DNA of 64,000 nt from Candidatus Campbellbacteria bacterium GW2011_OD1_34_28 (GTDB lineage Bacteria; Patescibacteriota; Minisyncoccia; Phycocordibacterales; UBA12079). Position 1 is the stretch's first letter. Every line of letters starts with the position of its first letter. The translations under genes and the position numbers were made by a program. The stretch is taken from contig CP011215.1 of NCBI GenBank assembly GCA_001029775.1, forward strand, positions 187,187 through 251,186. The letters run 5' to 3'. Below, one piece after another: positions 55,610 through 64,000 of the stretch. The notes beneath the pieces are model-generated. The model did not search any database. It was given only the letters and a program-made list of their open reading frames with translations, and was not told the DNA's origin.

Positions 55610-58147
55610 TTAAATCTTTAATTTTAAATTAATAATTGCTTCTCCTTTGTTGTAAAGGCTATCAAAGCCAATTACTTTTAATTCATTGTTGTCTTTAACA
55701 CTATCTATTTCACTAGGTAAAAATGAAAATACATTATTTATTGATGATCCAATCATTTGACCATTTAAGTAGTAATTTACTTTCACTAACGGCACATTGT
55801 TATCATTATTGATAAGAATATTTATTTTTTCATTTGGATCATAAACAGTGTCTTGTCTTGGGGAAATAATACTTATTCTAGGCGCTGTCTCTTGGGTGTG
55901 AATATTGTCATATTCTGTCGGTATATATCCAGAACCATTTGTAAGACCATGTGATGCTACCCATTTTTGAACACCATATTCCCATCGTGAGAATTGTGGA
56001 TCGTTGTAAGCGTTTGAAGGTTTTGGTCCTAAAGGATCATCTTTATCTACCCAATAAAGGATTGAGTGATATTCTTCAATTACTTTTTCCTCTCTAGTTT
56101 CCTCAGGAGTAAATTCTGTTGCTAATTTTCCAGACATTTTGTCTATTATATAAGTTGTTCCTCCTTGCCAAATTCCTCGCATAACAGGTTTCAAAGATTG
56201 GTCATATTTTAAAGGAGGTTCTCTAAAATCTTCGTTAGGATATTTTTTTAGAACTTCTTGCATAAATGCGTTCCAAATAGGAGTAACAATAAATCCAGCA
56301 ACTTTTTTCTCCATCGATGTGTTGTCGTTGTTTCCTGCCCAAACACCTACTGCTACTTGGGGGATATATCCAACCGTCCACGCATCTTTGTAGTCGTTTG
56401 TTGTTCCTGTTTTGCCTGCTACGTCTCTTCCTCCAAAATAAAGAGGAGAGTTTGCTCCGAAAGCAGGAGTTCTTGCTTCATTATCAGACAATATGTTTGA
56501 GATATATAGGGCACTTTTTTCGGGAAGAACTCTTTTCGATTTATCCTCAAATTCTTCCAAAATATTTCCATTTTTATCTTCAACTTTCAAAATTGCCGTG
56601 CTTGGATTTCCTATTCCTTCGTTTGCAAAAACAGTGTAAGCCGTCGTCATATCCAATAGAGAAACCTCTCCACCTCCCAAAACAAGAGTAAGCCCATATT
56701 GTCCTACATTTGTTAGGCTATTTATTCCCATATCTTTTGCTGTCTTAAGAGAATCTTTCAATCCCGCCAAATACAAAACTTTTACAGCGGGTACGTTTAA
56801 TGACTGAGCCAAAGCACTTCTAAATGTCACAGGTCCTCTATAAATGTTGTCGTAGTTTACAGGAGAATAACATCTGTCCGCATATTGAGAGGATGTTGGT
56901 GTTCCATCTGAATTACAATAGGTCGAGAATTCTGTTTTTACGTCAAATACAACAGTGTCTGGTGTGAATCCTTTGTTAAATGCAGTTGCATAAACAAACG
57001 GTTTAAAAGAAGACCCTGGTTGTCTATGAGCTGTAGCCACATTAAAGTTCCCATCTATATCTTCATCAAAGTAGTCTCTTGATCCAACCATTGTGAGAAT
57101 TTGTCCTGTCTTTGCTTCTACCGCAACCAAAGAGGCGTTTTCTGCGTTATAATCTTTTTCGTTTTGAAGAGCCTTTTCTTTTACAATAATCTCAGCTTTT
57201 TCTTGCAAATCGTAATCCAGAGTAGTTATTACCTTGTATCCTCCTGTTGTCAGTACATCTTCACCATATTTTTTCGATAGATATTCTCTAACATACATAA
57301 CAAAGTGGGCTGCTTTTATCCCTTTTGTTTGTTTTGCTCTGAAGGTAATTTTTTCATCTTTTGCTTGGTTATGTTCTTCCTCTGTTATGAATTTATTTTC
57401 AAGCATTTTTTGGAGAACAAGATTTTTTCTTACCTCAAGTCTTTCAGTGTTTTCTCCATAAGGAGAATAGAATGTTGGTGCTTGGGGGATGGCTGCAAGA
57501 TAAGCTGATTCTGCTAGTGACAAATCAGCGGCACTTTTTCCAAAGAAAGATTGACTGGCCTCTTCAACTCCATAAAGATTTCCTCCATAAGGAGCCTCAT
57601 TTAAATAGAGAGTCAAAATATCTTTTTTGGTCAACATTTTTTCTAGTTTGATTGCCAAAACCCACTCTTTTATTTTTCTGGAAATTTTCTTTTCTTTAGT
57701 AAGCACAGAATTTTTAACAACCTGCTGTGTGATGGTAGATCCTCCTTGACTGAAATTTCCTGAAAGAATGTTTGCAAAAATAGCTCTGATAAATGAGGTT
57801 GGTTTTATTCCAGAGTGTTCATAAAATTCTGCATCTTCTATCGCGATTGTTGCATTTTTTATATGATGAGAAATTTCTTCATAAGGGATGATTGTTCTTC
57901 TGATATCTTCGTGCACATCATAAAGCAAAATTTCTCCTGTTCTGTCATAGATTTTTGTTGATTGAGTAACTATTCTTTCTTCAAAGTTGTTTAAATCTGG
58001 TATTTTGAATGTCGAAATCCAAAACATTATTAATGCCGATAAAAGCATCGCTACTGCTAACGATATTAAAATTGTTTCTCTTTTAAAATTAAGGTATTTT
58101 TTTATCTTCATAACATTAAGGATACTAAAAAAAAAGTAACTATACAA
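55610..58147 (-). CDS. mrcA: Class A penicillin-binding protein (PBP1A-type glycosyltransferase + transpeptidase). An alternative start is at 58111 (MKIKKYL).
   Basis: GT51 motifs EDAEFYEHSG and GGSTITQQVVKN; transpeptidase SxxK (SSFKPF), SLN, KTGT. Confidence 0.9.
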   Translation of the reverse strand: MYSYFFFSILNVMKIKKYLNFKRETILISLAVAMLLSALIMFWISTFKIPDLNNFEERIVTQSTKIYDRTGEILLYDVHEDIRRTIIPYEEISHHIKNATIAIEDAEFYEHSGIKPTSFIRAIFANILSGNFSQGGSTITQQVVKNSVLTKEKKISRKIKEWVLAIKLEKMLTKKDILTLYLNEAPYGGNLYGVEEASQSFFGKSAADLSLAESAYLAAIPQAPTFYSPYGENTERLEVRKNLVLQKMLENKFITEEEHNQAKDEKITFRAKQTKGIKAAHFVMYVREYLSKKYGEDVLTTGGYKVITTLDYDLQEKAEIIVKEKALQNEKDYNAENASLVAVEAKTGQILTMVGSRDYFDEDIDGNFNVATAHRQPGSSFKPFVYATAFNKGFTPDTVVFDVKTEFSTYCNSDGTPTSSQYADRCYSPVNYDNIYRGPVTFRSALAQSLNVPAVKVLYLAGLKDSLKTAKDMGINSLTNVGQYGLTLVLGGGEVSLLDMTTAYTVFANEGIGNPSTAILKVEDKNGNILEEFEDKSKRVLPEKSALYISNILSDNEARTPAFGANSPLYFGGRDVAGKTGTTNDYKDAWTVGYIPQVAVGVWAGNNDNTSMEKKVAGFIVTPIWNAFMQEVLKKYPNEDFREPPLKYDQSLKPVMRGIWQGGTTYIIDKMSGKLATEFTPEETREEKVIEEYHSILYWVDKDDPLGPKPSNAYNDPQFSRWEYGVQKWVASHGLTNGSGYIPTEYDNIHTQETAPRISIISPRQDTVYDPNEKINILINNDNNVPLVKVNYYLNGQMIGSSINNVFSFLPSEIDSVKDNNELKVIGFDSLYNKGEAIINLKLKI

Positions 58148-58206
58148 TAAAGAAATAGAAAAAGAAAGGCTTGAAATTAAAAATAAAACTAAAATGAGAT
58201 GTTATA

Positions 58207-59715
58207 ATGGTATTTATGGATAGTAATAGATTTTTGTTTTTGATTGCGTTTATTGTTGGTGTTTCTGTCATGGCGATGGAAATAACTGCTTCAAGGATAT
58301 TAGCCCCTCATTTTGGGACATCTATTTTTGTTTGGACAAATATAATTGGTGTAGTGATGATGTCTTTATCTCTTGGATATTGGTTGGGTGGTAAATTGGT
58401 TGATAAAAATCCAAGATTGGAATTGTTGTTGAAAATTATTTTAGGAGCGGGTTTGTTTTTTTTGGGGGTTCCTTTTTTATCAAATAATTTAATAGAGATG
58501 ATATCAGAAAATATTTTATTTTTTGATTCTGGAGTGACAATTTTATTTGTGGGTTCTTTTCTTTCAGCTTTTATTTTGTTTGGCTTTCCTATGTTTTTAC
58601 TTGGAATAACTAGTCCTTTTTTAATAAAACTATACTCTGTTAATAATAAAGAACACGAAGGTGAGACTTCGGGAACCATTTTTGCGATTTCTACGCTGGG
58701 GAGTATTTTTGGGACATTTTTACCATCTCTTGTTCTGATTCCCTTTATAGGAACAAAATTTACAATTTATTTATTTTCCTGTATTTTAATATTTTTAGGT
58801 GTGGCGGGTGTTTTTAGTTTGAAAAACAAGTTTTTATTTTTGATTATTCCTTTTATTTGTTTTTTTTCTTTAAATCCTTCCATTTCAACAAATGCCAGCA
58901 CTGTTATAGAAAAGGAATCTATATATCAATTTATAAATGTTACTAGTTACGACAATAGAAAATATTATATTTCTTACAACGAGGGTAGGGGAACTCAGTC
59001 CATTTTGGATAAAGATAATTTTTTAACAGGCCAATATTATGATTATGCTTCACTTTTACCATTAATGAAAGACTCTGGCACACTAGAATATTTACTTGTC
59101 GGTTTGGCGGGAGGAACAATAGTAAATGCCCTAGACAAGATTTATGGTAAAGATATCAATGTCACAGCGGTTGAAATAGACAAAGATGTAATAGAAATTT
59201 CAAATAATTTATTGAATTTAGAAAATTCATCTTTGAATGTTGTAAATATGGACGGGAGAATGTTTTTAAAATTTAACAAAAAGAAATACGATTTTATTTA
59301 TATAGATGTTTATATTAATGAGATGTATGTGCCTTGGACATTTTCAACTTCTGAATTTTGGAAGATTGTGAAAAATTCTCTAAAAGAAGATGGCGTTGTT
59401 GGAATAAATTTGTTTTCTGGCGGTGAAAATACTGATTTTTTGAAAATTTTTTCTAACACAATTGCAAAAGAATTCAGTCATACTTATGGTTTGTGGCCGA
59501 TAAAGAATGGCTCTTATAATTATGCTGTTTTTGCATCAAATGAGAGCATCAATTTTGATAAAATGAAGCAAAAAAAAGAATATAAAGTGTTGAGTGATCA
59601 GATTGATTATTTTTTAAACAACTATATTGATATTAATTATTCTGAGGATATAAAAGTATTTACCGATGATTGGTGCCCCGTTGAGTTTTTGACAGATAAA
59701 ACAATTTTTAATTAA
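58207..59715 (+). CDS. Fusion of an N-terminal polytopic membrane domain with a C-terminal spermidine-synthase-like (SpeE-fold) methyltransferase-type domain.
   Basis: About 7 hydrophobic helices, then LLVGLAGGTIVNAL...VTAVEIDKDVIE...YDFIYIDVY, typical of polyamine aminopropyltransferase. Confidence 0.55.
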   Translation: MVFMDSNRFLFLIAFIVGVSVMAMEITASRILAPHFGTSIFVWTNIIGVVMMSLSLGYWLGGKLVDKNPRLELLLKIILGAGLFFLGVPFLSNNLIEMISENILFFDSGVTILFVGSFLSAFILFGFPMFLLGITSPFLIKLYSVNNKEHEGETSGTIFAISTLGSIFGTFLPSLVLIPFIGTKFTIYLFSCILIFLGVAGVFSLKNKFLFLIIPFICFFSLNPSISTNASTVIEKESIYQFINVTSYDNRKYYISYNEGRGTQSILDKDNFLTGQYYDYASLLPLMKDSGTLEYLLVGLAGGTIVNALDKIYGKDINVTAVEIDKDVIEISNNLLNLENSSLNVVNMDGRMFLKFNKKKYDFIYIDVYINEMYVPWTFSTSEFWKIVKNSLKEDGVVGINLFSGGENTDFLKIFSNTIAKEFSHTYGLWPIKNGSYNYAVFASNESINFDKMKQKKEYKVLSDQIDYFLNNYIDINYSEDIKVFTDDWCPVEFLTDKTIFN

Positions 59716-59750
59716 ACAAACCCGCTTTTTAGCGGGTTTGTTGTGTCTTT

Positions 59751-59987
59751 TTAAAACAAGTCGTCTTCTGGTTCTACATCGTCGTACAAATCTTCTGCTC
59801 CTAGATCATCTCCATCTTCTTTGTTTGCCACACACACATCGCAGTCTCCACAAGTACATTCTCCATCCTTGGCAATACATTCTTCACACTCTCCACAACT
59901 GCAGATATCTGGTTCAACATCTCCTCCAATAACAGCATCTAAATCCTCATCAGCCAAGACACCTTCGTTTATATTTTCTTCTTCCAT
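59751..59987 (-). CDS. Double-glycine-leader peptide precursor. The core is highly acidic and has 8 Cys: DVEPDICSCGECEECIAKDGECTCGDCDVCVANKEDGDD...
   Basis: The leader MEEENINEGVLADEDLDAVIGG matches the GG-leader consensus at -12 L, -8 D/E, -7 L, -4 V/I, -2 G, -1 G. It is followed by the terminator AAACCCGCTTTTTAGCGGGTTTG (59720-59745). Confidence 0.55.
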   Translation of the reverse strand: MEEENINEGVLADEDLDAVIGGDVEPDICSCGECEECIAKDGECTCGDCDVCVANKEDGDDLGAEDLYDDVEPEDDLF

Positions 59988-60109
59988 TTTATTTTTTTAA
60001 ATTGGTTTTTAAAATTGACCATTAAAAGTTTCACAACTTTGATTTAACCCATTTTTATCAAATTTAAACAGTTTGTGCAATATAGACTTATCCCCAAAAA
60101 GAATGTGTG

Positions 60110-60215
60110 GTCTATAAATCCTACTTACCCCTTACACCTCTCTCCTTACCCCTCACACCTTACCCCTTACACCTCTCTCCTTACCCCTCACACCTCACAC
60201 CTTACACCTTAATCC
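60110..60215. repeat. Minisatellite of about 12 tandem 8-9-mers (CCTTACCC/CTCACACC; purine-rich GGTGTAAGG/GGTGTGAGG on the minus strand), upstream of the GG-leader peptide gene. A related GTAAGG-rich tract lies at 32165-32212.
   Basis: Tandem periodicity read directly. Confidence 0.6.
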
Positions 60216-60691
60216 TAATTTCTGTGACTCGCTAAATGAGTAAGCCCAACCGCGATAGCATCGTATTCGTCATCATGTTTTATTTCCTTTTCTATCTTGA
60301 TAAGACGGAGAACCATATCAGTTACTTGTTTTTTGTCGCTTTTTCCATATCCAGTAACGGCTATCTTTATTTGTAGGGGAGTGTATTCAAAAACTGGAAT
60401 TTTGTTCAACATCGCCTGATACATTATTACGCCTCTTGCTTCTGATACACCCATAACTGTTTTTTGGTTGTTGGTAAAAAATAATGTTTCTATGGCGAGT
60501 GCTTTTGCACCGTACTCTCTTATTATCTTATTTATTTCTTGCCCAATTAAAAATAGTCTTTCTGTAAGGGGAAGTTTCGGAGATGTTTTAAAACAATCAG
60601 AATAAATCAATTTTTCTTTTTGTCCGCCCTCTTTTTCTATAATAGCAATCCCTACTCTTTCGTATCCGGGATCAATAGATATTATTTTCAT
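60215..60691 (-). CDS. ruvC: Crossover junction endodeoxyribonuclease RuvC. The start is probably at 60691 (MKIISIDPG).
   Basis: IISIDPGYERVGIAIIE (catalytic Asp) and RNase-H-fold motifs; about 158 aa. Confidence 0.85.
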   Translation of the reverse strand: MKIISIDPGYERVGIAIIEKEGGQKEKLIYSDCFKTSPKLPLTERLFLIGQEINKIIREYGAKALAIETLFFTNNQKTVMGVSEARGVIMYQAMLNKIPVFEYTPLQIKIAVTGYGKSDKKQVTDMVLRLIKIEKEIKHDDEYDAIAVGLTHLASHRN

Positions 60692-60784
60692 AATATCAAG
60701 TATAAAGTAGCCAGTATAAGAGAGCAAGAAATGAAAAACCCCGATTGCTCGGGGTTTGGGTGTTTGGCGGATAGAGAGGGGTTT

Positions 60785-61138
60785 TTAAATTTTTTTGCCG
60801 CCCTCTTCTTTTTCAGGAAGTTTTATTTCTGGAAATTTAATTTCTCGAAAATCGATATCAAGACTTCCATGTAGGGTAGCTGATATCATAAATTTTTCCG
60901 TCTGAAATAGTTTGGTCAGTAAATAAATTTCATCATCAGAAATTATTGCTTCATCTTTCATTTTTATACTAACTACTCGATTTCCCCAATCTTCTTGGAT
61001 TTCTTTAATCTTTTCGTAAAGTCTTTCTGACAAGCGAAGCTTAACTTCTTTGCTTGCTAAAATATTTCCCCAAAAAGTGTTGCAATTCATTCTTGCCTCC
61101 TCCTTTCTTTTTATCTTGTCGATATTCTCATCTTTCAC
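60785..61138 (-). CDS. Small protein with an N-terminal ribbon-helix-helix-like segment (KEVKLRLSERLYEKIKEI); hypothetical.
   Basis: The RHH beta-strand/helix pattern resembles CopG/ParD-type DNA-binding proteins. It lies between yebC and ruvC. Confidence 0.35.
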   Translation of the reverse strand: MKDENIDKIKRKEEARMNCNTFWGNILASKEVKLRLSERLYEKIKEIQEDWGNRVVSIKMKDEAIISDDEIYLLTKLFQTEKFMISATLHGSLDIDFREIKFPEIKLPEKEEGGKKI

Positions 61139-61245
61139 TAGACTATCTTAAAATATTTCAAAAATCAACATATTAAAATTATTTAGAAATTAGATATTAG
61201 TAATTAGAAATTAAACGCAGAAAACAGGAGTCGAGCCCCTGTTTT

Positions 61246-61776
61246 TTATTCTGCGTTTGTATAAACTTCCTGCACATCCTCATTTTCTTCAAATTCTTCA
61301 ATTAATTTGTTCAATTTTTCTCCATCCTCTTCAGAAATTTTGACCATTGTATTAGGAATATATTCTGCCCCTGTTTTTGTGAAAGCCCATGAAGCAGATC
61401 CTGTCGCTGCCAAAGAAAAACCATTTCTAGTCAGAATATGCCTGATTTCCTGAGCAGTTTTGTTTTTGTTGTCTGTTAATCCATCTATTATAAGAGCTGT
61501 TCCTCCAGGGCCATAAGCTTCGTAAACAACCTGCTCCATATTTGTTGAATTTGATTCCGCCCCTTTTTTTATTGCTCGGCTGATGTTGTCAGAGGGCATA
61601 TTGGCCGCTTTGGCTTTTTCAACAGCTGATTTCAGGCTGGGTGAGTCAATGTTTCCTCCAGAAGCCTTTGATTCGTTTTGAATAAGTTTTACAAGTTTAG
61701 AAAAAATCTTGCTTTTTTGAGCATCGCTGGCTTCTTTTTTGTGTTTAATTTTTGACCATTTATTATGTCCGGACAT
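61246..61776 (-). CDS. yebC: YebC/PmpR (TACO1) family protein, short form.
   Basis: N-terminus MSGHNKWSKIKHKK...KSKIFSKL; conserved yebC-ruvC neighbourhood. Confidence 0.75.
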   Translation of the reverse strand: MSGHNKWSKIKHKKEASDAQKSKIFSKLVKLIQNESKASGGNIDSPSLKSAVEKAKAANMPSDNISRAIKKGAESNSTNMEQVVYEAYGPGGTALIIDGLTDNKNKTAQEIRHILTRNGFSLAATGSASWAFTKTGAEYIPNTMVKISEEDGEKLNKLIEEFEENEDVQEVYTNAE

Positions 61777-61867
61777 AAATTTGAGTTGTTAGTATTAAGT
61801 AATAAGTAATAAGTTAACGATATTATAAAAACATAATTTAATCAAGAATGTTTACTTTTTTAGTCGG

Positions 61868-62308
61868 ATGTGTATTATAGAGAAAGGAAATTTTGTTGAT
61901 AAATCCATTAAACGAGGTGTTTTTATGATTACAAACGAGAAGTTTCACGAATTGGCTTATGGTAGTACGCTTATTGAATTGATTTTGTGTGTACTTCTTT
62001 CTGAGGATTTTGTAAACCCATCAAATTACATGAAAGAAGGGGCAATATCGCTGGATTATACATTGAGTAATTACGAAAAAGCTCTTTTCACTTGCATGCA
62101 GAGGTTTTTTAAAATATCAGGCGAGATGGAGACGATCGCATCAATAACAAACGGGGAACAGATGAACGACGCGATAAGACAAATGAATTTTGCTTCTCAA
62201 AATTACAATGCTTGTCGTCACTTGCTTTGGTGTGAATATCAAAAACGATTTCCCCATCTTGAACCGCTAAATTTGTCGGTGGGCAGTAATTTTCAATTGT
62301 TCGTTTAA
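61868..62308 (+). CDS. Hypothetical protein with one hydrophobic segment.
   Basis: ORF followed by the terminator hairpin at 62328-62360. Confidence 0.35.
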   Translation: MCIIEKGNFVDKSIKRGVFMITNEKFHELAYGSTLIELILCVLLSEDFVNPSNYMKEGAISLDYTLSNYEKALFTCMQRFFKISGEMETIASITNGEQMNDAIRQMNFASQNYNACRHLLWCEYQKRFPHLEPLNLSVGSNFQLFV

Positions 62309-62393
62309 TAATTTTATTATCAAAAAACCCCGACCTGTCTAGGTCGGGGTTTTTAAATATCTAATTTTTATAGAACCTGTTTTTAAACGGAAT

Positions 62394-62978
62394 GTGAATA
62401 TTAGGTGTGGCGGTATTTACTTTTTTAGGAGTGTGGCGTATTCTGTCTTTAGATTTGAGGCTAAAAACTTTATTTTTTACAACAGAGAGGATATTATTAT
62501 GCTTATGAAAGAATTGGAAAAATTTATGAGTCTTCGCAGAAATAATTTTGTTGAAAGAATGAAAAACGCTACAGACGAAGATTGGAATCTTTTGGATGAG
62601 GCATTAAAGATAAAAAATTATCCCGATAATAATATTGTGTTTTGGGCATTGCAAGTTATTGGTGATAGGACAGAAACAGACGAGAAACTTGTCGATACTG
62701 CCTGCTCTATTTTATACAAAGTTTATTCTGATTCCGTGGTAGACGAAGTTCCTGAAAAAATTGTAAGCAACTTAATAAAAATATATTCAGACAAAAAATA
62801 TGAATATGCACGATTTCGTTCAGCCTGCGTAGTTTATCTTTTAGGAAAAAGTGAATCACCTGTAAGGGGTGTTATTAAATCAGAAGTTGATTTTTATAGT
62901 GCGCTAGATGTTATAAAAGAATTTTACACCAAAGACGATAGCTTGCGAGACTTTATCGAAAACAAAGTCCTTGCATAG
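62394..62978 (+). CDS. Hypothetical protein (start probably an internal Met, MLMKELEKF).
   Basis: ORF followed by the terminator at 62985-63015; no family recognised. Confidence 0.35.
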   Translation: MNIRCGGIYFFRSVAYSVFRFEAKNFIFYNREDIIMLMKELEKFMSLRRNNFVERMKNATDEDWNLLDEALKIKNYPDNNIVFWALQVIGDRTETDEKLVDTACSILYKVYSDSVVDEVPEKIVSNLIKIYSDKKYEYARFRSACVVYLLGKSESPVRGVIKSEVDFYSALDVIKEFYTKDDSLRDFIENKVLA

Positions 62979-63032
62979 AATATAAAAATCCGTAGCGAAA
63001 GCTACGGATTTTTTAAATTCTAAATTCTATTT

Positions 63033-64000
63033 CTAAATTCTGTCATTTGGGTATTTTATACCCAAATGACCGTAGGCTTTTTCTGTAGCGGTTCTTCCGC
63101 GTGGTGTTCTCTCCAGTAGTCCTAATTGAATTAGATATGGTTCGTTTACTTCTTCAATTGTTGCCGATTCTTCCGATAGGGCGGCACCCAATGTTCCAAG
63201 TCCTACAGGACCTCCGTTGAATTTGTTTATTATTGCATCTAGCAATTTTCTGTCGGATTCGTTTAGACCCAATTCGTCTATTCCTAAAAGTAACAATGTT
63301 TTATCTACAATATCTTTACTCAAAGATTCTTTGTTTACTTGGGCAAAGTCACGACATCTTTTCAAAAGAAAGTTTGCTGTTCTTGGTGTAAAGCGACTTC
63401 TCTTTGCAATCTCCAATGCTGTTTCATCTGTTACTTCTATGTTCAAAATTTTTGCCGATCTTTTTATTATTTTTGCTATCTCTTCATTTTTGTAAAATTC
63501 CAATCTAAATGTTCCTCCTGAAAAACGAGAGCGAAGAGGGGAGGACATCAGAGCAATTCTGGTTGTGGCAGATATCAAAGTAAAAGGAGGCAGTTCCAAC
63601 TGGATGGTTCTGGCGGAAGGGCCTTTTCCGATGATGATATCCAAACTACCCGATTCCATAGCAGGATACAAAATTTCCTCAATATTTTTATTAAGTCTGT
63701 GAATTTCATCTATAAAAAGAATATCTCCGTTTGAAAGGTTTGTCAGAATTGAAGCGAGGTCGCCGACTTTTTCAATTGCAGGACCAGATGTTACTTTCAT
63801 CTGTGCTCCGATTTCTTTGGATATCAAATGGGCGAGAGTAGTTTTGCCAAGTCCGGGTGGTCCATAAAAAAGAATATGTTCTGGTTGATGATTTCTTTCT
63901 CGGGCAGCGGTTAAAAGTATTTTCAAATTGTCTTTTATTTGTTTTTGACCAATATAATCATCCCACTCGCTTGGTCGTAGAGCGTTATCAAGAAATAGTT
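63033..64000 (-). CDS. ruvB: Holliday junction branch migration helicase RuvB (N-terminus extends beyond the window end).
   Basis: [12 protein letters not shown] upstream of the listed Met, Walker [12 protein letters not shown], Walker [11 protein letters not shown], sensor and winged-helix C-terminus. Confidence 0.9.
   Translation of the reverse strand, partial: LFLDNALRPSEWDDYIGQKQIKDNLKILLTAARERNHQPEHILFYGPPGLGKTTLAHLISKEIGAQMKVTSGPAIEKVGDLASILTNLSNGDILFIDEIHRLNKNIEEILYPAMESGSLDIIIGKGPSARTIQLELPPFTLISATTRIALMSSPLRSRFSGGTFRLEFYKNEEIAKIIKRSAKILNIEVTDETALEIAKRSRFTPRTANFLLKRCRDFAQVNKESLSKDIVDKTLLLLGIDELGLNESDRKLLDAIINKFNGGPVGLGTLGAALSEESATIEEVNEPYLIQLGLLERTPRGRTATEKAYGHLGIKYPNDRI

Noticed and set aside
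1-64000. CRISPR arrays, rRNA genes, IS transposases
   Set aside because: No evenly spaced direct-repeat array, no rRNA-like conserved blocks, and no transposase-like ORF found on reading through. The tandem repeats present (60110-60215 etc.) have 8-9-nt units with no spacers.

Overview
This is a low-GC (about 30-35%) bacterial window. It lacks strong Shine-Dalgarno sequences, and the gene content fits a Candidate Phyla Radiation / Patescibacteria-like genome. The recognisable backbone is: livHMG-type ABC permease/ATPase genes with three divergent TrmB-like regulator + LivK-like binding-protein pairs (1-9.2 kb); tRNA-Pro, tRNA-Gly and tRNA-Arg with a CCA-adding enzyme; xth, a Xer-type tyrosine recombinase, rpsO, pnp, comM/yifB, an M23/LysM peptidase, pcrA/uvrD and ksgA; the jag-yidC-rnpA-rpmH / dnaA-dnaN origin-proximal block (48.9-53.6 kb); a class A PBP; and ruvC-yebC-ruvB. 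The main candidate system is a 13.5 kb co-oriented block (35.4-48.9 kb) encoding a type-IV-secretion-like apparatus with no relaxase or coupling protein. It contains a VirB4-family ATPase split into two ORFs, VirB6-like, VirB3-like and VirB2-pilin-like membrane proteins, five large secreted or anchored proteins with no recognisable homology, and two Avd-like four-helix-bundle paralogs. The other main findings are these. (i) All three tRNA genes are followed by a roughly 150-230 bp element bounded on the left by an inverted copy of the tRNA's own 3' half and on the right by an exact direct copy of its 3' end. (ii) An orphan acidic 8-Cys peptide gene has a textbook double-glycine leader and lies downstream of a purine-rich minisatellite. 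(iii) A conserved 25-nt loop motif sits inside covarying stems downstream of rpsO, dnaA and dnaN. (iv) Several dense intergenic repeat families are present: CCTGCCTGCCGGCAGGCAGG palindromes, CGCAAAGACG hairpins, CACGTG palindromes, ATTCGTAT tandem octamers, and GTAAGG tandem repeats. (v) A lipoprotein gene lies in an island of about 55% GC. No CRISPR array, reverse transcriptase or rRNA was seen.
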